Shown: positions 11,549 through 22,168 of the stretch, in pieces
Layout of the letters: each line of letters opens with the position of its first letter
Numbering within the stretch: the first letter of the stretch is position 1
Assembly: GCA_036337035.1 (NCBI GenBank)
Contig: JAYZFC010000007.1
Location: forward strand, 41,438 to 105,437
Direction: 5' to 3'
Source: Pseudomonadota bacterium
GTDB taxonomy: Bacteria; Pseudomonadota; Gammaproteobacteria; Steroidobacterales; Rariloculaceae
DNA length: 64,000 bases
Notes under the pieces: model-generated
Told to the model about the DNA's origin: nothing
The model's database searches: none
What the model saw: the letters and a program-made list of their open reading frames with translations, nothing else
Made by a program: the position numbers and the translations under genes

Positions 11549-11785
11549 TTATATTACTTCACCTTTTTCGCGAAGTCGTCTAACTATTTCTGTAGCTCCA
11601 AGTTTTTCTATCATTCGGATGCCTTTTCTTGAAACTTTGAGTTTGATGAATTTTTTTTCATCTTCTAGCCAAAAACGCTGGGTATGAAGATTCGGTAAAA
11701 AACGTCTACGGGTTTTATTATGGGCATGGGAAACATTATTGCCTGACATAGGTTTTTTACCTGTTATTTGACATACTCTAGACAT
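11549..11785 (-). CDS. rpmB: 50S ribosomal protein L28
   Basis: 78 aa, [34 protein letters not shown], a canonical L28 N-terminus. Confidence 0.96.
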   Translation of the reverse strand: MSRVCQITGKKPMSGNNVSHAHNKTRRRFLPNLHTQRFWLEDEKKFIKLKVSRKGIRMIEKLGATEIVRRLREKGEVI

Positions 11786-11906
11786 TTTAAATTACTCTAT
11801 ATTTAAATACGAAGGGTGAAAACTATACATGCTGTTTAGATTTTTATCTAGTTAAACTATTAAAAACTTAGGTTATAATAACAAAAATAGCAATTTAAGC
11901 AGATAT

Positions 11907-13169
11907 ATGACTATAAATGATAATCAAATGAGTAATGCTAATCCTAAAATAATTCTCGGAGTTACTGGGGGCATAGCTGCCTATAAAAGTCTTGAAATAG
12001 TTAAGTTTTTAAGAAAAAAAGGAGCAGATGTTCAAGTTGTTATGACGAAAGGAGCAGAGGAGTTTATTTCGCCAGCAACATTCCAGAGTGTTTCCTCTAG
12101 ACCAGTTAGAAATAATATTTGGGATGAATCTGCTGAGCAATCTATGGGCCATATTGACCTAGCTAGATGGGCAGATGTAGTTCTTATAGCGCCAGCAACT
12201 GCGCATTGTATCGGATCTCTTGCTTCTGGTTTAGCTGCTGATTTGCTTACTACTCTATGTTTAGCTACTGAGGCTCCTATAATAATTGTCCCAGCAATGA
12301 ATAGAGTAATGTGGTCAAATAAAGCTGTTCAGTCAAATTGTGAATTGCTAAAGAAAAGAGGAATTAACCTTTTTGGGCCGGCTTATGGAGAGCAAGCTTG
12401 TGGAGAAATTGGTTATGGCAGAATGATGGAGCCTAATGAAATAGTTGCTGAAGTTTTTAAGCAGCCCATTTTTTTAGATAGAAGGGCTTTAGCTGGCGTC
12501 AATATTATGATCACTGCCGGCCCCACGAGGGAGCCAATTGATCCAATAAGATATATTACAAATAGAAGCTCAGGAAAGATGGGATATTCTTTAGCATTAT
12601 CTGCTAAGGAATCAGGAGCAAAGGTAACAATAGTTAGTGGACCTGTTTCATTAGATACACCGACTGGTGTTAGAAGAATTGATGTAGAAACAGCTGATGA
12701 GATGTTTTCTGCAGTTCAAAACGGAATTAAAGAAGTTGATATATTTATAGGATGTGCAGCAGTATCAGATTACCAAGCAGACTCTCCAGCTGCAGAAAAA
12801 ATTAAGAGAAGTAGTTCTAATATTAGTATTGATCTAACTCGCTCTCCTGATATTTTATATAGCGTTTCAAGCATGGATAAAGGACCTTTTACCGTAGGTT
12901 TTGCTGCAGAAACAACTAATGTGATTGCTCATGCAAAAGAAAAAATAATAAAAAAAGGGCTAGATATGATAGCTGCCAATAAGGTTGGAAATAATTATGG
13001 ATTTGATCAGGAGCTTAATGCTTTATCAGTGATTTATGATGATAAAGTTATAGAATTAGAACAATCTTCAAAACCTATTATAGCAAAGAAATTAATTAAA
13101 CTGATTGCTGAAAGATATAATGAAAGTAAAATAAATGATTTATTACCAAAAGGAGTATCGAGTAGATAA
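11907..13169 (+). CDS. coaBC: Bifunctional phosphopantothenoylcysteine decarboxylase / synthetase
   Basis: 420 aa. Flavoprotein domain (GVTGGIAAYK) followed by the CTP-dependent ligase domain (ITAGPTREPIDPIRYITNRSSGKMG). The start could be the internal Met at 11928. Confidence 0.94.
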   Translation: MTINDNQMSNANPKIILGVTGGIAAYKSLEIVKFLRKKGADVQVVMTKGAEEFISPATFQSVSSRPVRNNIWDESAEQSMGHIDLARWADVVLIAPATAHCIGSLASGLAADLLTTLCLATEAPIIIVPAMNRVMWSNKAVQSNCELLKKRGINLFGPAYGEQACGEIGYGRMMEPNEIVAEVFKQPIFLDRRALAGVNIMITAGPTREPIDPIRYITNRSSGKMGYSLALSAKESGAKVTIVSGPVSLDTPTGVRRIDVETADEMFSAVQNGIKEVDIFIGCAAVSDYQADSPAAEKIKRSSSNISIDLTRSPDILYSVSSMDKGPFTVGFAAETTNVIAHAKEKIIKKGLDMIAANKVGNNYGFDQELNALSVIYDDKVIELEQSSKPIIAKKLIKLIAERYNESKINDLLPKGVSSR

Positions 13170-13178
13170 TTTATATTT

Positions 13179-13634
13179 ATGGAAAGTGTAAAATTAAAAA
13201 TTCTTGATAAGCGTTTAGGAGATTCTATACCTCTTCCAGAGCTTGCTACTTCTGGCTCTGCTGGTGTAGATCTTAGAGCTTGTATTGATGCCCCTATTCA
13301 GTTATCTCCAGGTTCATCTGAGCTTATAAATACAGGTTTTGCTATTCATTTAGGTGACCCAAATTTGGCTGCACTTATTCTTCCACGATCTGGTTTGGGA
13401 CATAAGCATGGAATAGTTCTTGGTAACTTAGTGGGGTTGATAGATTCTGATTATCAGGGAGAGATTTTAATTTCTTGTTGGAATAGGGGGGATAATAGCT
13501 TTGAAATATTACCTGGAGAAAGGATAGCTCAGTTAGTTATAGTTCCAGTTATTCAGCCTATATTTGAAATTGTAGATTCATTTGAAGATAGTGATCGTGG
13601 ATCTGGGGGCTTTGGACATACAGGCAGATCTTAA
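13179..13634 (+). CDS. dut: dUTP diphosphatase
   Basis: 151 aa. [10 protein letters not shown] and C-terminal [10 protein letters not shown] motifs. Confidence 0.96.
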   Translation: MESVKLKILDKRLGDSIPLPELATSGSAGVDLRACIDAPIQLSPGSSELINTGFAIHLGDPNLAALILPRSGLGHKHGIVLGNLVGLIDSDYQGEILISCWNRGDNSFEILPGERIAQLVIVPVIQPIFEIVDSFEDSDRGSGGFGHTGRS

Positions 13635-14281
13635 TTATTAATCCCATACTTCTCTTTATAATCTATTATTTTAGAAGTAAATCTCTCAAGTTCTATATTT
13701 GATTCAACATGCTGTATAAGATCTGTTAGAGTAATTATTGATCTAACTTTTAAATTAAGCTCTTTCTCAATCTCCTTAACTGCCGAAGTATTTTTATCAT
13801 TTGCAATTTCTTCACGATCTAAGGCAACTAAAACTCCTACTGGTTCAGCTCCACATGATTTAATTAATTTAACACTTTCTTTAATAGCAGTACCTGCTGT
13901 TATAACATCATCAATAATTAGCACCTTACCACTTATAGGAGATCCAACTGATAATCCACCCTCTCCATGATCCTTTGTTTCTTTACGATTATAAGCAAAA
14001 GGAATATCAAAATTATGATTCCTTGATAATGCTAATGAAGTGATATTAACAAGTCCTATCCCTTTATATGCTGGACCAAAAAGCATATCAAAATCTATAT
14101 CTAAATCTATTATTTTAGAGGCGTAACAATCAGCAAGCTTAGATAGTGATGAGCCATGGTAAAACATTCCAGCATTAAAAAAATAGGGGCTTGTTCTACC
14201 TGATTTAAGCTTAAAGCTACCAAATTTTAAAGCACCATATTGAAGAGCTGACTTAATTAAATCTTTTTGATATTTTTCCAT
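13631..14281 (-). CDS. pyrE: Orotate phosphoribosyltransferase
   Basis: 216 aa with the PRPP-binding motif [13 protein letters not shown]. Confidence 0.95.
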   Translation of the reverse strand: MEKYQKDLIKSALQYGALKFGSFKLKSGRTSPYFFNAGMFYHGSSLSKLADCYASKIIDLDIDFDMLFGPAYKGIGLVNITSLALSRNHNFDIPFAYNRKETKDHGEGGLSVGSPISGKVLIIDDVITAGTAIKESVKLIKSCGAEPVGVLVALDREEIANDKNTSAVKEIEKELNLKVRSIITLTDLIQHVESNIELERFTSKIIDYKEKYGINN

Positions 14282-14372
14282 TTAGCTACTTATTTATTTT
14301 TCTACTATAATACATTTTTTTTATATTTTTGTATGATTAAATAAGGGTATTATTTTTTTAAGGTAGCTTATT

Positions 14373-15155
14373 TTGAAGATAGTTAGTTTTAATGCCAATG
14401 GAATACGATCTGCTACAAGAAAGGGTTTTTTTGATTGGTTTGCTAGGCAGCGCGCTGATATTTTATGTATTCAGGAGCTGAAAGCTAAAACTCATCAAAT
14501 TGATACAAAGCCTTTTATTAGAAATGGATATAGTCGCTATATTTTTGAGGCTGAAAAGCCTGGCTATAGTGGTGTTTGTATATACACCAGAATTAAACCA
14601 AAAAAAATTATATATGGTTTAGGGATCGAAGAGTTTGACAAGGAAGGAAGATATATTGAGACAAGATTTAATAATATTTCAGTATCAAGTGTTTATTTCC
14701 CTTCAGGATCTTCTGGAGAGGAAAGACAGGCGGCTAAATTTAGATTCTTGGATATTTTTAATTCTCATATTACTTCATTAGCTAAAACACAGCTTTCTTA
14801 TATTTTTTGTGGGGATTTTAATATTGCGCATAAAAACATTGATCTTAAGAATTGGAGAGGAAATAAGAAAAATTCTGGCTTTCTTCCAGAAGAAAGAGAG
14901 TGGATGACTAATATGATAGATAATTTAGGCTATGTAGATGCTTTTAGAAAAGTTAATAATAAATCAGATGAATATACTTGGTGGTCAAATAGAGGAAAAG
15001 CTAGAGAAAAAAATGTTGGATGGAGAATCGATTATCAATTAGTTTCGCCAAGATTAGGGAGTAAGATAACTAAAGCTTCAGTTTACAGAAAACAACTTTT
15101 CTCTGACCATGCTCCATTAATAATTACTTATGATATTGACTCAAGAAATTTTTAG
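14373..15155 (+). CDS. xthA: Exodeoxyribonuclease III (AP endonuclease)
   Basis: 260 aa. SFNANGIRS N-terminus, WRIDY and SDHAPL C-terminal motifs; TTG start. Confidence 0.93.
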   Translation: MKIVSFNANGIRSATRKGFFDWFARQRADILCIQELKAKTHQIDTKPFIRNGYSRYIFEAEKPGYSGVCIYTRIKPKKIIYGLGIEEFDKEGRYIETRFNNISVSSVYFPSGSSGEERQAAKFRFLDIFNSHITSLAKTQLSYIFCGDFNIAHKNIDLKNWRGNKKNSGFLPEEREWMTNMIDNLGYVDAFRKVNNKSDEYTWWSNRGKAREKNVGWRIDYQLVSPRLGSKITKASVYRKQLFSDHAPLIITYDIDSRNF

Positions 15156-16393
15156 TTTTCCTTGTTCCAAGGAGCGACTATAAGAAGCAGCATCATTCCT
15201 GGCACTGCTGCTAGTGTACATATTATAAAGAATTCAAAATATCCGACAGAGTTTATAATATAGCCAGTACTTGCATTAGCAAATGTTCTAGGTATTACCA
15301 TAATGCTTGTTAGTAGAGCAAATTGAGTAGCTGTAAAGCTTAAATTTGTTTGTTTTGCCATGAATGCTGTTAATGCAACTGTTCCTAGGCTAACACCTAA
15401 GTATTCAAAGCTAACAACCGCAAACAATACTGGAATACTATTTCCTATTTTGGCAAGAATAGCAAAGCCTAGAATTGAAATAATTTGTACTAAACCAAAT
15501 ATCCATAATGCCCTATTTATTGAAAGTTTTAGCATTGCTAGACCTCCGATTATTGTTCCAACAATAGAAGCCCATAATGCTGAAAATTTAGCTACGGTTC
15601 CTATTTCAGTGAGAGTAAATCCTAAGTCAATATAAAAAGGAGTGGCTAATGCTGTTGCCATACTGTCACCAAGTTTATATAAAAGCATAAATATAATTAT
15701 AGCTAAGGCATTTTTAACACCTCCTTTTCTAGAGAAGAACTCAAAAAAAGGTTCTATTATTGCTTCTTTAATTGAACCAGGTGCTATATTTTCTTCAGAT
15801 GATTCAGGAATACAAAATGTTGTAATTATTCCTACTATCATGAAAGATCCAACAATAGGGTAGACAGTAGACCAAGGTATAAAGTCAGACAGAATTAATG
15901 CTAAGGAACCAGGGATAAGTGAGGAAATCCGATATGCATTAATAAAAATAGAATTTCCTATTCCAAGCTCATCATCTTTTAATATTTCTCTTCTATATGC
16001 ATCTAGCACAATGTCTTGAGTTGCGCTAAAAAAAGAAGTAGCAAAGACTAGCCATATAGCAATTTGAATCTGTATAGAGGGGTTAATTAAGCCAAGAGAG
16101 CTTATTGAGGCTAATAACATAAACTGGCTTATAAGTGACCAACCTCTCCTTCTTCCTAGAAAAGGAAGTTTGTAGCGATCAAGAAGAGGCGCCCATATAA
16201 ATTTCCAAGCATATGGAATCATGACTAAATTAAATAGTCCTATTGTGGCTAAGTCTATCCCTTCACTTCTGAGCCAGGCTGGGACAAGCTGTATAAGGAC
16301 ATATAATGGCATTCCACTAGAGAAGCCTTGAAAAATGCAAATAAGCATTTTTCTATTTAATAAAATCTCTTTCCAGTCTCTAGTATTAGTCAA
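15152..16393 (-). CDS. ampG: MFS muropeptide permease, AmpG family
   Basis: 413 aa, polytopic. The N-terminus (GFSSGMPLYVLIQLVPAWLRSEGIDL) and the conserved RRRGW loop resemble AmpG; ampD is also in the window. Confidence 0.8.
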   Translation of the reverse strand: MTNTRDWKEILLNRKMLICIFQGFSSGMPLYVLIQLVPAWLRSEGIDLATIGLFNLVMIPYAWKFIWAPLLDRYKLPFLGRRRGWSLISQFMLLASISSLGLINPSIQIQIAIWLVFATSFFSATQDIVLDAYRREILKDDELGIGNSIFINAYRISSLIPGSLALILSDFIPWSTVYPIVGSFMIVGIITTFCIPESSEENIAPGSIKEAIIEPFFEFFSRKGGVKNALAIIIFMLLYKLGDSMATALATPFYIDLGFTLTEIGTVAKFSALWASIVGTIIGGLAMLKLSINRALWIFGLVQIISILGFAILAKIGNSIPVLFAVVSFEYLGVSLGTVALTAFMAKQTNLSFTATQFALLTSIMVIPRTFANASTGYIINSVGYFEFFIICTLAAVPGMMLLLIVAPWNKEN

Positions 16394-16453
16394 TTTTTTT
16401 TCTTATTTTTTTAAATGTCAGTTAAAATCTTAATCTAAGGAAGATACTTAAAA

Positions 16454-16843
16454 ATGACAGATAAAGATACTATAAATCAAGCTATTCATCTTTGCTCCAT
16501 AGAAGATATCTCAGATTTAGGCTGCAAAGAGTTTATTTGGGATAGTATGGGATGGCCAATGAGTTTTTTTATTATAAGAAGAGGCCTTGATTATTTTTGT
16601 TACTTAAATACATGTCCTCATGCTGGTCATCCATTAAATATTCTGCCTGATGATTTTCTAACAGCAGATAAAAATCTTATCATATGTCAATCTCATGGAG
16701 CTAAATTTAAGATTAGTGATGGACTATGTGTTTCTGGTCCTTGCTCGGGTTCTATGCTTCGAAAAATGCCTCTTCAAATAGCAAATGGTCAGATATCTAT
16801 CGAGCTATCAAGCTTACAAAAAACTTTTGAATCCTTAAACTAA
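16454..16843 (+). CDS. Small Rieske [2Fe-2S] domain protein
   Basis: 129 aa with the CPHAGHPL ... CQSHGAKF Rieske ligand pattern (CxH...CxxH). Confidence 0.8.
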   Translation: MTDKDTINQAIHLCSIEDISDLGCKEFIWDSMGWPMSFFIIRRGLDYFCYLNTCPHAGHPLNILPDDFLTADKNLIICQSHGAKFKISDGLCVSGPCSGSMLRKMPLQIANGQISIELSSLQKTFESLN

Positions 16844-17508
16844 ATTTCATTTTTTTTGTATTCAATATCTTGTATTTTATAGCCTAGTTTTTCCCCTCTT
16901 TTTTCAAATTTAGTTTCTGGCCTATGAGATGGTTGATTAATTTTTAAAAAATTATCATATTGCAACATTAGTTCCTGAATATGTTGAGCATAATTATCCC
17001 AGTCAGTAGAGATATGCAAATTCCCATCTTTTTTTAATACCCTTGATACAAGTTTAATAAAATTATGTGTAATTATCCTCCTCTTATGATGTCTCTTTTT
17101 TGGCCATGGATCTGGAAAAAAAAGATTAATGCCTGCAATTGTTTCGTCTTCTATCATATCTCTTATAACTTCAATAGCATCTCCATTAATAATCCTGATA
17201 TTTTCAATTTTTAGTTTTTTTATTGATAGTAATAACTTACCTATGCCAGGTGAATGAACCTCAATTCCTAGGAAATTTTTGTTAGGATTTCTTGTAGATA
17301 GATCTATTAATTCTTTTCCATCACCGAAGCCAATATTAATAAAAATAGGAGATTGTTTATTGAAGTATTTTTGTAGATTTATACGTTTTTCTGATTTTTT
17401 AATACCGTATAATGGCATCAGCGTCTCAATAGCCTTTTTTTGGCCTTCAGTTATCCTACCCGGTCTCAGGATATAGCTTTTGATTTCCCTAAAAAGTTGT
17501 TTATTCAT
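16840..17508 (-). CDS. trmB: tRNA (guanine46-N7)-methyltransferase
   Basis: 222 aa. FLGIEVH and FFPDPWPKKRHHKRR motifs. Confidence 0.94.
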   Translation of the reverse strand: MNKQLFREIKSYILRPGRITEGQKKAIETLMPLYGIKKSEKRINLQKYFNKQSPIFINIGFGDGKELIDLSTRNPNKNFLGIEVHSPGIGKLLLSIKKLKIENIRIINGDAIEVIRDMIEDETIAGINLFFPDPWPKKRHHKRRIITHNFIKLVSRVLKKDGNLHISTDWDNYAQHIQELMLQYDNFLKINQPSHRPETKFEKRGEKLGYKIQDIEYKKNEI

Positions 17509-17745
17509 AGATAAATTGTATTTCTAAATTATTATAAATATTAAAAGCTTATTGCTCAAATTAGTCTAGAAGGTTAAAGTTTATATTTATTATAGGTTAT
17601 TTATTAATTGGATGGCTAAATACATTGAAGATAATAATTAATCCAATTAGGACACCTTTTTTGAGAAGGCTTTTAACTTTTTAGGGAGCAGATGCTAATG
17701 CTGGTATTGCGTATAAGGCAATGTGCCTAACTTGGAGATAGATAT

Positions 17746-18558
17746 TTGAAAGTGCCCATATTTATGCAAAAAAATTTACTTTTTAATCTCTTAAAAAAGA
17801 AAATAAGATCTAGCACACTAAGAAAAAAGATTAAATCTAGTAGAACTTATTGGCATATAAAACTTTTTCTTAAGAGGATTTCTGGACAAGAAATATGGGA
17901 AAGTAGAGATATAGATCTTACGTATGCAGGCCAAGGTTCTGCTGGATGGAATTATTACAAAAAGGAGATCAATGCTGATTCCATTATATATGTCTTTGGT
18001 ATTGGCGATAATATTGATTTTGAAATAGATTTAATGAAAGAAACGCAATCAAAAGTTTTTGCTTTTGATCCAACTCCTTATTCTATTTCCTGGCTTAAAT
18101 CTATAGAGATTTCCAAGAAATTTATTTTTCATCCTTGGGCCCTTTCTGGTAGTGATGGATTATTAACTCTTTATCCAAGGATCGATAACAAGGGTAGGAG
18201 CTCTAAAGATATGTGGACTTTAGATAAAACACAGTCAGATGGTAAAAACTTTATAGAGGTACCCGCTTATTCAGTCAAAACAATTCTAAAGAAATTAGAA
18301 CACAGAGGAATAGATCTTCTAAAGCTTGACATAGAAGGAGCTGAATATGAATCAATAAGGTTTATGTTGGATAGTAATATATATCCAAAACAGATACTTG
18401 TGGAATTTCATCATAGATTTATTGGTATTGGAAAAACGAAAACAATAGAGTGTATAGAATTATTAAGAAGTTTTGGTTATAAGATTTTTTGTATATCTCA
18501 AACAGGAAGGGAATTTAGTTTTATTAGAGGAAATTATAATAATGAATCAATTCGATAA
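17746..18558 (+). CDS. FkbM-family SAM-dependent methyltransferase (orphan)
   Basis: 270 aa. VFGIGDNIDFE and LKLDIEGAEYE resemble FkbM-domain methyltransferases. TTG start with GGAG 8 nt upstream; alternative ATG at 17764. Confidence 0.7.
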   Translation: MKVPIFMQKNLLFNLLKKKIRSSTLRKKIKSSRTYWHIKLFLKRISGQEIWESRDIDLTYAGQGSAGWNYYKKEINADSIIYVFGIGDNIDFEIDLMKETQSKVFAFDPTPYSISWLKSIEISKKFIFHPWALSGSDGLLTLYPRIDNKGRSSKDMWTLDKTQSDGKNFIEVPAYSVKTILKKLEHRGIDLLKLDIEGAEYESIRFMLDSNIYPKQILVEFHHRFIGIGKTKTIECIELLRSFGYKIFCISQTGREFSFIRGNYNNESIR

Positions 18559-18641
18559 ATTTTTGCTCGCTGTTGTAGCGATAGGTTTAATAATAACAAT
18601 CATCTTGATGTTTATTGGTGTGTCTTAGATTAATTATATTG

Positions 18642-19682
18642 ATGAATAAGCCTTTCACAAATAAAATTTTGACTTGGTATGATGTTAATGGCAGAAAAGA
18701 CCTTCCTTGGAAAATTAATCCAAGCCCTTACTCAATATGGATTTCTGAAGTTATGTTGCAGCAAACTCAAGTTGTAACGGTTATACCTTATTTTTTAAAA
18801 TTTATGGATAGATTTCCTTCTATAGATGTACTTGCTAGATCTCAATTAGATGAAGTATTGGGTTATTGGTCAGGTCTAGGTTATTATGCAAGAGCTAGAA
18901 ATATCTATAGAGCATCAAGAATTTTATATCTAGATAATAAGTCTATCTTTCCTAATTCCTATGATGAGATTATTAAATTGCCAGGTATAGGAAGATCCAC
19001 AGCTGGAGCAATACTTGCTCTTGCTTATAAAAAAAAATTTAGTATTTTAGATGGTAATGTAAAGAGAGTTCTTTCTAGATATTATAGAGTTAAAGGAACG
19101 CTGGAAAAAGCCTCAATACAAAAAAAACTTTGGGATTTATCTGATATAAATACTCCAACAAAGAGTATAGCTAAATATACTCAAGGTATAATGGATTTAG
19201 GAGCAACTATTTGTTCCAGATCTAAACCAAAGTGTAATTTATGTCCTTTATCAATTAATTGCCTTGCCCGTATTTATCATGAACAAGATTTATTGCCTAG
19301 TAAGAAATTAAGACAAAAAAAGAAAAAGAAGGATATAAATCTTGTTGTTATTATTGATAATGAGAAATCTATCTTATTAGAAAAAAGACAAGAGAGAGGT
19401 ATTTGGGGAGGTTTATATAGTTTTCCTGAGATACTTGATGGACAGACCTGCACTTCATGGGTAAAAGAAAAGCTTGGAATTAATATAAATAGAATTGACA
19501 AGCTTCCACCTATAAGACACTCTTTAACACATTATGACTTATTGATTAAACCAAATAAGATTAAGCTTGATTCAAGATTGCCTGAAACAAAAAATGATGA
19601 ACAATTGTATTGGCACAAGGTACCAGTTGATAATAATATCGGTATAGCTAAACCAATTTCTAGTTTGATAAATAATTTATAA
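18642..19682 (+). CDS. mutY: A/G-specific adenine DNA glycosylase
   Basis: HhH-GPD domain, 4Fe-4S loop CSRSKPKCNLCPLSINC and a C-terminal NUDIX-like domain. I prefer the ATG at 18642 (MNKPFTNKILTWYD) over the GTG at 18615. Confidence 0.93.
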   Translation: MNKPFTNKILTWYDVNGRKDLPWKINPSPYSIWISEVMLQQTQVVTVIPYFLKFMDRFPSIDVLARSQLDEVLGYWSGLGYYARARNIYRASRILYLDNKSIFPNSYDEIIKLPGIGRSTAGAILALAYKKKFSILDGNVKRVLSRYYRVKGTLEKASIQKKLWDLSDINTPTKSIAKYTQGIMDLGATICSRSKPKCNLCPLSINCLARIYHEQDLLPSKKLRQKKKKKDINLVVIIDNEKSILLEKRQERGIWGGLYSFPEILDGQTCTSWVKEKLGININRIDKLPPIRHSLTHYDLLIKPNKIKLDSRLPETKNDEQLYWHKVPVDNNIGIAKPISSLINNL

Positions 19683-19694
19683 GGAAATAATTTT

Positions 19695-19964
19695 ATGAGT
19701 AGAAAAATACAGTGTGTTCTTTTAGGAGAAGAGCTCGAAGGTCTAGATGAGCCAACTTATCCTGGTGAGTTAGGTAAGAGAATATTTGCTAATGTCTCTA
19801 AATTAGCTTGGGATAAATGGTTAGGACACCAGACTATGCTTATTAATGAATATCGTCTCACTCCTATTGATCCTAAAGCAAGGGAATATTTAGAAAAAGA
19901 AATGGAAAAGTTTTTTTTCGGTGGAGGATCTGAGTCTCCACCAGAATTTAGTGAAAAAAAATAA
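19695..19964 (+). CDS. yggX: Fe(2+)-trafficking protein YggX
   Basis: 89 aa, collinear with E. coli YggX (YPGELGKRI...HQTMLINE); the mutY-yggX adjacency is conserved. Confidence 0.92.
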   Translation: MSRKIQCVLLGEELEGLDEPTYPGELGKRIFANVSKLAWDKWLGHQTMLINEYRLTPIDPKAREYLEKEMEKFFFGGGSESPPEFSEKK

Positions 19965-19966
19965 AT

Positions 19967-21910
19967 TTATATTTTGTTTTTAATTAGCTCATCAACTACA
20001 TTTGGGTCAGCAAGTGTTGAGATATCTCCTAAATTCTCATAGTCATCATTAGCAATCTTTCTTAATATTCTTCTCATAATCTTTCCTGAACGAGTTTTAG
20101 GAAGTCCTGGAGCCCATTGAATTTTATCAGGAGTAGCTATTGGTCCAATTTCTTTTCTTACCCATTTAATTAATTCTTCTTTGAGAGATTCTGAGGGTTC
20201 TAGGCCTGAAACTAATGTAACATAAGCATAAATAGCTTGACCTTTTATTTCATGATTGAAGCCTACAACTGCAGATTCAGCAATTTTTTTATGAGAAACT
20301 AATGCACTTTCAACTTCTGCTGATCCTATTCTATGTCCTGAGATATTAATTACATCATCAACTCTCCCAGTGATCCAGTAGTATCCATCTTTATCTCTAT
20401 ATGCCCCATCACCAGAAAAATATTTTCCAGGAAACTGACTAAAATAAGTTTCATAGAATCTTTTATGATCACCATAGACAGTTCTCATTTGGCCAGGCCA
20501 GCTATCTAGTAATACCAGATTACCAGAACATTCCCCTTCCAGGATATTTCCTTCGTCGTCTACTATAGCTGGTTGAACACCAAAGAAAGGAAGGGTTGCT
20601 GAACCAGGTTTTAAAGATGTAGATCCGGGTAAAGGAGTAATTAATATACCGCCGGTTTCAGTTTGCCACCAGGTATCTACAATAGGACAATTTTTTTCGC
20701 CAACAATATCATAATACCACTGCCATGCTTCTGGATTTATTGGTTCACCAACAGTGCCTAGAATTTTTAGACTTTTTCTTGAAGTCTTATTGACTGGTTG
20801 ATTTCCTTCCCTCATTAATGCTCTGATAGCTGTAGGGGCTGTATAAAATATATTAACTTTATGTTTATCAATTACTTCCCAAAATCGACTCGCAGAAGGA
20901 TAATTGGGTACGCCTTCAAACATTAGGGTGGTAGCACCATTGGCTAAAGGCCCATAGACGATGTAGCTATGACCGGTAACCCAACCAACATCAGCAGTAC
21001 ACCAATAAATATCTTCATCATGATAGTTAAAGACATATTTATGGGTTATAGAGGCGTAGAGTAAATACCCAGCTGTAGTATGAAGAACACCTTTTGGTTT
21101 TCCAGTAGATCCTGATGTGTATAAAATAAAAAGTGGATCTTCAGAACTCATTTTTTCGATTGGACAATTGATTTCTTGAATTTTAAGTAATTCGTGATAC
21201 CAGTTATCTCTATTACTTTGCCAGTTAATATTGCCAGCTGAATGTTGAACTACTAATACCTTAGTTGGTGGATAATTTTCTGGTAATGCTTCGATAGCAT
21301 CATCAACATTTTTTTTAAGTGGAATTTTTTTATTACCTCTTACACCTTCATCTGCAGTGATAATAAAGTTAGACTCACAGTCCTCTATTCTTCCTCTAAG
21401 AGCTTCTGGGGAAAACCCACCAAATACTACTGAATGTATGGCTCCTATTCTTGCACATGCTAACATTGATATTGTTGCTTCAGGAATCATCGGGAGATAT
21501 ATTGTTACTCTATCGCCCTTTTTTACACCTAAGCTTTTTAATCCATTAGCTAACTTACAGACTTCCTCATAAAGCTCCTGGTATGTTATTTTTTTATCAT
21601 TATTAGGATTGTCACCTTCCCAGATGATTGCTATTTTTTCAGATTTATTCGCTAGGTGCCTATCTAGACAGTTATAGCATGCATTTATAACGCCATCAGC
21701 AAACCAATTAATTTTCAAACTATTCTTTTCATAAGATACATTTTTAATTTCACTATATGGCTGTATCCAAGATAATTCTTTTGCTTTTTCACCCCAGAAA
21801 GAGTCTGGATCCCTAATTGATTCTTTATATATAGATTGGTATTTTTCTATATCAAAATAGTTATCCCCTGAAGCAGATTTTTGTGGATGATAGATTTTTT
21901 CTTTGCTCAT
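19967..21910 (-). CDS. acs: Acetyl-CoA synthetase
   Basis: 647 aa. AMP-binding motif [11 protein letters not shown] and C-terminal [11 protein letters not shown]. Confidence 0.97.
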   Translation of the reverse strand: MSKEKIYHPQKSASGDNYFDIEKYQSIYKESIRDPDSFWGEKAKELSWIQPYSEIKNVSYEKNSLKINWFADGVINACYNCLDRHLANKSEKIAIIWEGDNPNNDKKITYQELYEEVCKLANGLKSLGVKKGDRVTIYLPMIPEATISMLACARIGAIHSVVFGGFSPEALRGRIEDCESNFIITADEGVRGNKKIPLKKNVDDAIEALPENYPPTKVLVVQHSAGNINWQSNRDNWYHELLKIQEINCPIEKMSSEDPLFILYTSGSTGKPKGVLHTTAGYLLYASITHKYVFNYHDEDIYWCTADVGWVTGHSYIVYGPLANGATTLMFEGVPNYPSASRFWEVIDKHKVNIFYTAPTAIRALMREGNQPVNKTSRKSLKILGTVGEPINPEAWQWYYDIVGEKNCPIVDTWWQTETGGILITPLPGSTSLKPGSATLPFFGVQPAIVDDEGNILEGECSGNLVLLDSWPGQMRTVYGDHKRFYETYFSQFPGKYFSGDGAYRDKDGYYWITGRVDDVINISGHRIGSAEVESALVSHKKIAESAVVGFNHEIKGQAIYAYVTLVSGLEPSESLKEELIKWVRKEIGPIATPDKIQWAPGLPKTRSGKIMRRILRKIANDDYENLGDISTLADPNVVDELIKNKI

Positions 21911-22014
21911 ATTATGATAAGTTTATATTATTATTTTTTATATTTCATAGCGGAAAATATACTTTGCATTGAGATCAGAGCAGATAAAGCTCATAATAGT
22001 CAACTTTCTATAGA

Positions 22015-22090
<76 letters not shown>

Positions 22091-22168
22091 CTTAATTTAA
22101 AAATCATTTAAGAGCTTATATATACTTTAGCTTACAGAATAAATTGAATTATTACTGAGGTTAAATTA

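Noticed and set aside
17604-17650. 9-bp inverted repeat taattggat ... atccaatta with a 27-nt loop in the trmB/FkbM spacer
   Set aside because: The arms are short and almost all A/T, with a long loop, in AT-rich DNA. This cannot be distinguished from chance without conservation data.
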